Source: Phoronis australis (lineage: Eukaryota > Animalia > Phoronida). Taken from it: 64,000 nt of DNA. The translations under genes were made by a program, and so were the position numbers. Shown in pieces: positions 1 through 12,000 of the stretch. The notes under the pieces were generated by a model. The model was not told the origin of the DNA and searched no databases. It worked only from the letters and a program-made list of their open reading frames with translations. Location: assembly GCA_002633005.1 (NCBI GenBank), contig NMRA01000001.1, positions 3,762,102 through 3,826,101 of the forward strand, in the 5' to 3' direction. The first letter of the stretch is position 1. The number at the start of each line of letters is the position of its first letter.

Positions 1-1167
1 CCCCCCCCCCCCCCAGGAAAAGTTTTCAAGTGTTCATAGTGATTTATTTGCACGATGATGATGAGATCATACATGTAGACAATAGACATTTAATGCAAGT
101 ACCATGAGTTTAAGAAAGCCAGCGCAGATTTGAGGACATTTTCTTAATGCCTTTCACCAAATGAATAACTATTGTCAACTATAAGTGCTATTTTTGCACC
201 TACTGAACTCTTCTCAGGAGTCATAACTGAAAATTTGCATCAACTTATTACATATCATTACCAAACTCCATTTTACGGATTAAATCTACCTATAGCAGAT
301 GGCGTACTGAGAAAAAGGAATGTAAATACAACAAAAACATATTTTTTCAAAAAAGTTGTTCAGATTGAGCAAAACATGAAATTTTGCTTTCCATTCACAA
401 ATTGGACATGTTACTTCGTCTGGTTATATAAAGAGTAAAACTCGCACAAGTTGTTCCAACTTAGACTAAGTTTTAGGAGTACGGTAAAATATCACCAATT
501 TAGAAAAAAATTATTTGCCAATACTAATCTTGCAATTTTCAATGGCTTCTAACCTTGTAGACACCCACTAATTTGCAGTATTTAACTTGAACGTGAATTT
601 TATTTTGGTGCTACATGCATCTCGTGGAAAAAAAATAAGTTTCACATGTTGGCCATTTAGTGTTCTTAAGTGGTGACATTTCACTGAAACCTCAATTTTT
701 ACGCTTGAACTTCCAGATTTGTCCTCGCTATGACAAAATCTCCGGGTCCAGTTAAGTACGACTTGTGCAAGTATACTGACTAGGTTGCAAAGGTGGAAGT
801 CATTGCCTAATTTCTGTCTTGTGAAGTGATTACATAGCGGGATTGTGATCACACTTCTGGCAGTAATTCTCTTGCATTCTCCAACATGTCTTACACCATA
901 GAATTCTATGCTGGTTATATCTACAAATTGCACGCTCCCCTTCGTGTGCACTGAACTACAATGCATTAAGAATACCACAAATAAAAGGCTACAAACCATT
1001 TTCAAGTTGGTATAAAAACCAGCAAAGTGTTTTCCCAATACCTATAAAAAGAGGAATCATACCCATAAATTTATAAATTAACCAGAGAGTGCTAACATAT
1101 ATTATCCAAGCACAAATTTAAGTGCTTAAAAACCACCATTTGCCTTGTTTTGACAAGTGACTACACT

Positions 1168-1389
1168 TAGGGCTTGGCATGACCAATGACAAAAAAGAGG
1201 AAAATTTCCCAAGTGAGGTATCGTTCCACAAATAGGCTTGTGAGATGGAAATATTTTTGTGTTAAAAATGTAACTGAAATAAATATTTGTTGCGTGAAGT
1301 CAAAATAATGATAAAAACGAGATGAAAAAGAGGAAATCGAAACCAAAAAAGAGGAAATCCTCTTAGAAAAGTAACCTTTCCAAGCCCTG
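1168..1389. mobile_element. Small hAT-like non-autonomous element
   Basis: Termini TAGGGCTTGG / CCAAGCCCTG; related copy in opposite orientation at 53454-53706. Appears nested in a larger element with inverted AAGTGCTTAAAAACCACC (about 1120) / GGTGGTTTTAAGCACTT (about 1906). Confidence 0.6.
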
Positions 1390-2102
1390 CACATTGTCAA
1401 CATCATTAAACCTTACTCTATAGCAGTGCACATCACGACCATGAATTCAACATCCCAAAAATGGGGAAAACAGAAAAATGAAAGTTTCTTAGCTCCACGG
1501 ACACAAGTGTGATGTATGAATGAACCCAGAGCCAGCGTGACGTGTTCACCAACATGAGAGTTTCTTGTACAACTTGTGCCACATCCATGCTTCTCCGACG
1601 TCTCGCGGTAAATTGAAGAGCCACAGCGTGCTCAAATACCAAGTTCTCGCAACCGCTACAAACGGAACGCCTCTCCATTCCTTGTTATACCATACACCGC
1701 GGGAAAATGAGCAGCAAAATGCAACGACTTTTCACACTAACCACAAAGGAGGGTGACAAACTCTGAGATTGGCGTCCCAATTCTACGCATTATGTATCGT
1801 CAAATACATGCTTTTAACTCGAGTTCATCTAATCAACATATCACCAGATAGTGTTCGTAGGTGTTCAAATGGTGGGGTCGTTTTTGGTGTTTTTGACATA
1901 AAATTGGTGGTTTTAAGCACTTTAAGCTGTGTAGGTAAAGTTTTGAAAATCTAGTATAGCTGAACTAGTTATAGATGGTTAACATGTTTAGGTGGCTACA
2001 TTGTGAAGTAATTGTGTTACAGAACACTGCATCTGAAGCAAGTACTATTAACATTGCCAGTTTGATTCGTACCACATATTTCGTGTAGGCCCAATTGTCT
2101 TA

Positions 2103-2334
2103 AACAGCTTATTATTTAAAATGACTTATTCTTATTAAAATGACAGAGGCAAAAAATTGAATTTCAGGCCTCAAAAGCGGGGCCACCTATATTAATATAG
2201 GCGCACCACTCTCCAGCCGCCTTTCAGGGGGGCCTCCTACATTAATATGGGGGGCCTCGCTTTTGAGGCCTGAAATTCAATTTTTTGCCTATGTCATTTT
2301 AATAAGAATAAGTCATTTTAAATAATAAGCTGTT
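2103..2334. mobile_element. Foldback MITE with about 75-bp near-perfect TIRs and CTTA target duplication
   Basis: AACAGCTTATTATTTAAAATGAC...GTCATTTTAAATAATAAGCTGTT; CTTA at 2099-2102 and 2335-2338. Confidence 0.85.
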
Positions 2335-3081
2335 CTTAGCTTTTCTCTAACATGGAAGTTATTTTACAGTGTCACAGGCACAATTATTGTACAGACATGT
2401 CAAGATGAAATTTAAATGAAAGTAATCACCTGATGTGTACTTTACTCACAAGAAAACACAAACACAACATTCAATTTGACAAGACACTTACAGGACAGAC
2501 GTTTGTAGTTCTCATCAATGACTTTGTTGACACTTCTCAGTGACTTAAAATAATTAGAATGCACCAACAATAACTTAAATAACAAAAATAAATACTGTAT
2601 CGTCCTTGTAGCCAATTGTACCCACACGACAACAATTACAAATCATTGCATAAAATATGACTCAAATATCAGTTGGAAATAACAATCCCACATTATGATA
2701 TCAAAACAAAAATTCATTTGACATCTATACTATTTACATACTAAATTCTTATTTGTCATCATACACAGTAATCAACCAGACTGTGCCTAGGTCCAATACC
2801 ATTCAAACGAAACTATGGGATGAAAACCAAAGAGAAAAACGATAAAGAGATTACCAGTCAAAGATAGCATAATTAATACATAGAATAGTTACAATGTGAG
2901 ACCTATGTGCAGAGATGAATTATAGTTTCGTGTATTGTGAACCACAACAAGCACTTTGTAGCAGGAAAACTGTAATCACAGTATTAAACAGCCCACAAAC
3001 CAGCAAATCTGGACGGCTGTCTATCAAGCACTGCTAAATGTTATTCTGATGTACGGCAGTTGATTACTATAGTTGCATGTG

Positions 3082-6000
3082 TCACCTCTTCCAGATGTCG
3101 TCGATGGCAAAGTCCATGTCTTCTAAACCTTTCAGCGACCGGACATTCCCACAGTAGAATGCCAAGTCTGCGGTAACAAGCCTACGGTAACAAGAAAATG
3201 TATTTGTGGTGAATGTTGAAACAAACTGCATGCCCAATATTTTTAATCAATCATCAAGTCAAAAGTGCTTCACAGTATTACTACACACACCATGGATATA
3301 CGTCATTCTACCGACCTCCCAAAGCTTGAGCTTGAATATCCTAAAGCACTTACCCATGCTGTGGGCCTCCGTCATTAGCAACATTGAACTTGACTAACTG
3401 AGTTTTAAGATTGGTCTTGAAGCATTCATTGATCTTTGTAAATAACGTCTGCAACAAAGGTGTATAATTGATACCATGAGCACACTGAATAGTATTACAT
3501 TATAGTATCACAGTATAGTATCACATTATAAGGCAAGACTAAGAACAGATTACTGGAATTTAAAAGTTTAGCTGCACAAGACCTCGTACACTTGCCATCT
3601 TCTCTTTGAAAGGGACGGGAGCCCCCCCCCCCCCCGNNNNNNNNTAGGACATTTTTATCAAGTGTCCAGTTAAAATGATTCAATTCGCTCAAAAATTGAT
3701 ATGCCTGGATGGATCAAGACTTGCATTTCATTATTTTATGTGTAATTTTCAACACCCACTTGTTCAGTAAAAGGAGAGACAGTCTCGTCATTAAACTGGA
3801 ATTTGTAGGTTTTAAATACTGTTCAGTTAATAATTGAATGTTGAAAAATCTCCACGTTAGGGTAATTAAAAATTCTCCATGGGGTACATAAAATTCTCCA
3901 TTGACAAAATGCAAATAACTTTCAGTGGCTGATCACACAAACAAGTTTTGAACATGCAAAAATGCTTCACTCAGACAAATTCAGAGCTATAGTTAGTGCA
4001 ATTCACCCTTCAGATAAGTTGAATTTTGCCATACACGGTCTAGTGGGATGAACATATGCGAGTTTTACCATCGATAGCACTTCACTCACGTGAATCTCAC
4101 TGGGAGAAAGAAGGTCCTTGATAGCTTCGTGGAACTTGCCAAGCTGTCGACACACTGTTCTGAAGGTGGGCGAGGGCATGGGGGCCCTGACCTCCCACTG
4201 TTTAAGTAGTTCCTGCATGGTCATATCCATGATGGTGACAAGCTTGTTGTGGATCTCCTGTACATGGTCTGTGTAGTCCTATAGAGAAGGTAGAGAGAGA
4301 TAATGGTGATGGTGACTAGTGTACTGTGAACTGATGTCATTACCAGTTATGACACTGTTGATTACTAAGACAATGGACATGACAATTGTAAGGATTGATG
4401 AAGGCTTTGACAATGATGACGATGACTATGGTTACAATTTACTGTGCAGAAAGAACTTCGTTACAAAAAGTGTTCACATTCTAATACCGCAATGTAACAC
4501 TCCTGTTCATTATTTCTAATCCAGTAGTACTTCTCACTCAAGTCGAATAGTGCACCTTGAGAAGAGAAGCCCAAGAATTCTACATAATAGACAAGCTGTG
4601 GTTTGCTATCAATGATTATCAAAAAGAGCTGCCACATATCTGCAGGCTAGTACCAGTTTTACAACACACACACTATAAGTCGACAAAAAACACAAACCAG
4701 GGAATTGTTAATAAAGCATTGAAATTTCGCAACAATAAGACACAAAGTTAAGCAGGCAATGAAGTCCTTTGGCTTCACACAGCTGTATCGGCTGAAATAA
4801 ATTAAAAATTCCATAAACTTAGTAATCACGGGCTTACCTTGGTGATTTGATCGAAGTGTTTGAGCATACTCTGATTCTTTGCTGGCAGGTGAAGCTCAAA
4901 GTGTTCTTTGGCAGCGGGAATGAAGTACACTATGAGGCGTAGACACTGCGAGGCTAGAGCTGAAATGAAAGGCGCAGTTTTGTGTGTTGAAAGGTGTTAT
5001 AGAAAACAAAACAGAGCTAAAATGAAAGACTGGATTGGATATTTTGAAGTGTCATAAATATTGAATGGCTATCTACTGACAGAAAGTGTTTGTATCTAAA
5101 AGTAGACGTGTGCTTTCATTGGTAACTGAGTGTAATTACTTGCCCATCTACAATGAATTGCAGATTTATAAATTGTGATTATGCTTGCAATGCTGCAACT
5201 TAACTTTATAATTTACATGTCATCATACCATTTCTACAAATACTTCAGAAACCTCTAAACGAAAATAAAAATGACAGGTAAAGCTGATCAATTTGCCAAA
5301 ACCACATAACCAAAGTCATACCAAGTACGAATAGTCTCCATACACACCATATGTTGGCCACATCACGTGACCAATAGCTAAGTCTGAACAGATCTCTGCC
5401 CCAACCAGGGTTCGAAACCGGGAATTTCTGCTTATCATGCGGACGCTCTAGACCACTAAGCTATCAGGACCACCAGTCAATTACATAAATTATTATTATT
5501 CTTATTTTAATATAATTATAATTTTATCCACCGGATGTGTAACTGAGCAATGTTCTAATATCTTTTTCTATGATACACTGTTACCTAAATTCTTGGTAGA
5601 AATTGTCTTGAGTCCAACCAGCTGAACAGCACCTGCTCCCAACACCAGCTGACAGGTGCGTGAGTTGAACACTTTGAGCAGCTCAATGAGTCGGTTGAGC
5701 ATGTCTGCAACCACAGAGGGAATGTCATCGATGCACTGGCAGTACTCAACCATCATCTTGAGCAGGATAAGAGAGGTTCTGAAAATCCGTAACGCATAAA
5801 ATAAAACTGATGGATTGCAATGCATTTAGTCTTCCAATATGACTAAATTCATGACTTGATTATCTGCCAGTAAAAGGGCCACAGTTAAAGACCGTCAATG
5901 AATGCATATTGTGGAACACGCATCACAACAACATACTGCAGTTGGGAGTTTCTCCGACACCAATACATTAAGCAAACACTCATCCAATTCTCCAATAACT

Positions 6001-9000
6001 TTTCAAACTTTCAGCTCATGACTCTTGAGCTAACCTGACATTGTGTTTTTGACAACTTAAAAGCTTTGAAAATTAGCTGAAAGCAAATCCATAAGAAATC
6101 ACAGCCCAAACCAGGGATTACCTGTCCACTTAGAAACCATCGCAGCAAGTCAATTTTTAAGTCAATATCTAATCTAGTATGTTTGAAATGGGGTCAAAAT
6201 TAACAAGAAAGCATAGGAACAAGGTTATGAAAGATTTCACTTACCCAACTACGCAAAACTTTTCCCCATTTACCTCAATATAGTCTTTAGGCCTTTGGTG
6301 GCCTGCAAAGTAAACAATATTTCATATGTTCACACCTCTAACATCTACTTACTTATAACTGATGCTATAAAACACAATCAACAGACTAAACACCATTCCT
6401 GATACAGTAAAATACAACACTGTAAGCCTGCCTCAGGTACTGACAACACTCTAGTCTCTTTATGCCACTCTCATCAATTCATCAAATTGTACTGAAACCT
6501 CCCTAGTCTCCTCAATGCGGACCTCACCACTTCATTCACCTACCTGCATGAGGTCCAGTCTCAGGTACTGACAGCTCCCCAGTTTCCTCAATGCAGCCCT
6601 CATCACTTCATTCACCTACCTGCACTGTACCCAGTCTCAAGTACTGACAGCTCCACAGTTTCCTCAATGCGGCCCTTATCACAACATTCACCTACCTGCA
6701 TGGGGTCCAGTCTCAGGTACCGACAGCTCCCCAGTCTCTTTAATATGATCCACTAGTTGTTGGTACTCTGGGGATACATCAGCCTGTTTCCAACGCTCAC
6801 TGTCCAGAAGTAAACTGAAAACATTTCAAGGCAAAATAACATTTACTGCAAAGCAAGCTGCATGACTGCACAAAACAGGATTCTGCAATGTTCCTCCTGT
6901 AGAAAATTCAAACTGAATGATGCCACTACAAGATATCACAGCCTTCCAATGATGTGGTTTTCAACTGCACAGTTCCCCTTTTATGAACCTACAGTGAACC
7001 TACAGTAACACATTTTATAGGCACTTGGTCAATAAAGTATTCTGAGTTATAAGTAGAAATACCTACCTAAACCACATTCAATCATAAATTGAAAAAACAC
7101 ATTGCATGTAGACGTACGTCACATCTCACTTAATGTCTTCAAAACACATTGCATGCAGACGTACGTCACATCTCACTTAATGTCTTCAAAACACATTGCA
7201 TGCAGACATACATCACATCTCACTTGATGTCTTCAAAATGTCACTAGCAACAGAACACATCACTTAACCAAAATAAAAAACAGGAGATAGACACAATAAA
7301 ATAAAATAACATAAGTTTAGAGTTGAAACATAAGGTCATATATCTTTGTTACAATAAAATCCAGTAAGCAGCTTTGACAACAATAGACGGACAAACAATA
7401 TCTTGTTGAAAACTAAAACGGCCAACTGGGGTCCCTCGGTAGTAGAATTTGTATGAAAATGGACTGGTGCAGGCACATCCCAGGCATAAACCCTTGTGAT
7501 ATTTCCTCAAAACACATTATGATAATATTCAATGGACAAGACAAATTTTGTTGAATATTAAAATAGGCAACAGGTTATAGGGTAGTCAAATCTGTTTTGA
7601 AATCAACTGGTGCCAGCAACTTCCCGCCATATACCTCCACATCGTGTCTTGGCAAAATTACTCACATCCTCTTGCTGAAAATTGACCGACAGTGAATTTC
7701 TTGACAAAAATTAAATGGATAGCAGAGGGTGCCGTGGTAGATGACTCTATCCGCAAATCAAATGTTGTTGGCTCATACTCACCAAATACCTCTGTGTTAA
7801 GTTTCTTCAAAATTCCTTACGTTGTTTCGCCAATAATTGACGGACAAGAAATCTCTTGTTGAAAATTAAAATGGTCAACAGAGAAGTACAAAAACTTTGA
7901 TTTCACCAGTCCAAGAATCACCTAGTGTCAAAGCATTCCCATAATAAAACTGTAGGCCAAAATCAAGCGGATTTCACAATGACATGCAAAGGTAACACCA
8001 GACAGTGGGGATGCTGACCATACGAGACCACAGATTTAGTGTGGAACCATAAAATTGACACACACACGCGCGCGTGCACACACATACACACCTTAGTTTG
8101 ACTTTGCGCTCATCGTGGAAACGGCTGACAAATCTGTTGGACTGACTCTGCAGACTTCCTCGCAGAGATGAGCTTTTCCGGCCACATATCTTCTCACAGT
8201 CACCGACAAAATTCTCAATTGTTCGTGAGAGCATCATGAACTCTGCAGAGTCGAGTCGTTCCAGAAAGCCATCCTGTAGGAACAAACATTGAAATATCAA
8301 TACTGTCAATTACGCAGCAATTTGACTTTATTTCACATACCATTCCGCTGAAGAAGGCAGCAGGAAACTGTCCATCCAACTGATGTTAAAAGAAGTTCAT
8401 GCTTTAAATCAAAGTCTTGTTGACTGAAGATAAGATTTTGAGCATCTGTTTCATTTTTGCTTAAGCAAAAAAACTTGTGCGATAGAAATACTTTGTGAAA
8501 GAGCAACATTAACAAAGATGGTTCAAACAGCTCCACTGCTATCAGAATTTCATGCAGAGACCCAGTCTTATACAGACTACAGTTTTGGTAGGTCCCACTC
8601 ACCCTCAATATTAAAAATAATCTGCATGACTCTGCATTTATAATACAGAAAATCATGTCATGAAAATGGAATCTTGGTTTAAATTGTAACAACTGTCGAG
8701 GAAACAAGACCTATTGAGGTTACAACTCAATTATTGCATTTTGGATACCTCAGCTTGATGAGATAAGCTTTCAACACTGTTCCCACGATGAAAGCAGCAG
8801 TAGACATACCTTGGCTCTGGTTGCCAGCACCTTGACACACCTGTCATGGGCGTGGTCACAGACTAGACATAACATTTCCCTCATGCTTGCCGCTAACTTG
8901 GTGTGATCTGACTGACTAATTCTCACATCACTGTCAGCCTCCCTGAAGCATGATAAACGTGGATGTGTGGGACAGAGTGTGGGATTCCAACAAGCAAAAA

Positions 9001-12000
9001 GCAAAATTTAAGACATGTCCGACAATTATTAAGATTGAGGAAGAACCCTCCTCATTAATATAAATATTAAACAGTCACCACAGATTGAGTGTATTTACGC
9101 TTATTGCCAGATGGTCCTACAACCTCAGTGCATAGTGCTAGTTTATTGTGCTGCATAACAAGCAATGTGAGATATGCACATGAAGAATGGGCCTTCTTCA
9201 TATCACAGTTCACCAGCAGAGTGACTTTGTGGGATAAAGGCTGCACGTGCCCTGAATGAATTCATTTATAAAGATGGGTCGTTGTTTCATGAGCGCTACT
9301 TTGTGAATTTCGAGCTGTTCAGTAAGTCAACAATATTCAGAGAACTGCAGAAACAGCTTCTGACCAAAGCATGTAACGTTAAACAAAACATAACACTCTG
9401 GCATAATAAACAAGACAATATTCACCACTAATTTCCAAGGTCAGGTGAAAAAATGAAACAAATTTAATATTTCGACTTACATGGATAGTGAGACGTGAGA
9501 CGTGTCATGTGATGAGATACTCTCCACATCATCATCTTCCCCCCGCGATGTGACAGGGGTTTTCCCTGCTGCTATGGCAACGACATCCGACATGACTTCA
9601 CAGCTTGCCTAAAAAATGAAGTATAATATAATAGAACACTTTAATCAAATTATACGTCCTCAAGATTAAAGCTATGTAAACATCAACAACTATCCTAATC
9701 AAATAAAATCCATCTACATCACATTTGTTCCATATCAACTGACCTTTGCCCTGTTAAGTATGATTAGAATATTAGTGAAAACTGAGTCCAGCAGATCCAT
9801 CCAACCCTTGTAGTTCATCAGACGCATCTGGTCAGCCAAGGTAGACACGTCTTCCTCTTCATCAATATCAGCCTCAGCTATTGCTGTAATCACAGTCTGA
9901 AGAAAGACATATAATAGCAATCAAGTCTTCCTTCTCATCAATATCAGCATCTCAACAATAGCTGTGATCACAGTCTGGAGATTAAGTAACACTCGAGTGT
10001 TCCTTCTCATCAATATCAGCATCTCAACTATAGCTGTGATCACAGTCTGGAGATTAAGTAACACTTGAGTGTTCCTTCTCATCAATATCAGCATCTCAAC
10101 CATAGCTGTGATCACAGTCTGGAGAAAGATACAAGTAACACTCGAGTGTTCTTTCTTATCAATATCAGCATCTTAGCTACAGCTGTGATCACAGTCTGGA
10201 GATTAAGTAACACTTGAGTGTTCCTTCTCATCAATATTAGCATCTCAACCATAGCTGTGATCACAGTCTGGAGAAAGATACAAGTAACACTCGAGTGTTC
10301 TTTCTTATCAATATCAGCATCTCAGCTACAGCTATGATCACAACCTACAGAAAGAATAACACTCACAGGAATACCCTACTTCAAAAATGGCAATTTTTCA
10401 ACTAAGTGATGACACCGTTGCTGTCCAACACCCAAATATGCACACTACCTGTTTCTATTTCCCAGGTATTTGATCATTGCTATTTATAGTCAAGATACGA
10501 AAGATCATGATCACTACACCATTCACATAGAAATGAGGAGTTACAAAGCATTTTTCAATTATTTGCTAGCCACTGTGGAAGTCTTCCTTGGTCATTTGGA
10601 AACCTTTGGAATATCAGTCCACTTTCATGACACTTCACATCCAGAATAACCAGTCACACAACACAGCACTGCACATGACCATATGCCCTGAGTACATATC
10701 GCTGACCTGTATTGTGTTTGGTCATTTGTTGACAGCAGCGCCACATATGGTGGCAGGCAGAAGCATAGAAAGCATGTTGACATACAACATAATCATTTCC
10801 AAACTACAAAAACAATCCCAAAATAGCAGTAGAGTGCCACTTTAAGTCGTGGAAGGAAGGGACCGATTACCCCNNNNNNNNNNNNNNNNNNNNNNNNNNN
10901 NNNNNNNNNNNNNNNNNNNNNNNNNNNNNNNNNNNNNNNNNNNNNNNNNNNNNNNNNNNNNNNNNNNNNNNNNNNNNNNNNNNNNNNNNNNNNNNNNNNN
11001 NNNNNNNNNNNNNNNNNNNNNNNNNNNNNNNNNNNNNNNNNNNNNNNNNNNNNNNNNNNNNNNNNNNNNNNNNNNNNNNNNNNNNNNNNNNNNNNNNNNN
11101 NNNNNNNNNNNNNNNNNNNNNNNNNNNNNNNNNNNNNNNNNNNNNNNNNNNNNNNNNNNNNNNNNNNNNNNNNNNNNNNNNNNNNNNNNNNNNNNNNNNN
11201 NNNNNNNNNNNNNNNNNNNNNNNNNNNNNNNNNNNNNNNNNNNNNNNNNNNNNNNNNNNNNNNNNNNNNNNNNNNNNNNNNNNNNNNNATCACAGTCTGG
11301 AGATTAAGTAACACTCGAGTGTTCTTTCTCATCAATATCAGCATCTCAACTATAGCTGTGATCACAGTCTGGAGATTAAGTAACACTCGAGTGTTCTTTC
11401 TCATCAATATCAGCATCTCAACTATAGCTGTGATCACAGTCTGGAGATTAAGTAACACTCGAGTGTTCTTTCTCGTCAATATCAGCATCTCAACTATAGC
11501 TGTGATCACAGTCTGGAGATCAAGTAACACTCGAGTGTTCTTTCTCATCAATATCAGCATCTCACCTACAGCTGTGATCACAACCTACAGAAAGAATAAC
11601 ACTCACAGGAATACCCTACTTCAAAAACAGCAATTTTTCAACTAAGTGATGACACCGTTGCTGTCCAACACCCAACTATGCACGCTACCTGTTTCTATTT
11701 CCCAGGTATTTGATCATTGCTATTTTTAGTCGAGATGCGAAAGATCATGATCACTACACCATTCACATAGAAATGAGGAGCATTTTTCAATTATTTGCTA
11801 GCCACTGTGGAAGTCTTCCTTGGTCATTTGGAAACCTTTGGAATATCAGTCCACTTTCATGACACTTCACATCCAGAATAACCAGTCACACAACAACAGC
11901 ACTGCACATGACCATATGCCCTGAGTACATATCGCTGACCTGTATTATGTTTGGTCATTTGTTGACAACAGCGCCACATATGGTAGCAGGCAGAAGCATA

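Noticed and set aside
172-1954. ORFs of 60-156 aa at the window start
   Set aside because: No recognisable domains or splice chain; they overlap transposon-derived sequence.
9921-11645. Repetitive hydrophobic ORFs (TVITAIVEMLILMRKNTRVLLNLQ)n on both strands; superficially a repeat protein or CRISPR-like array
   Set aside because: Open frames arise from a 72-bp unit; there are no unique spacers and no cas genes, and the unit derives from a VPS54 splice junction.
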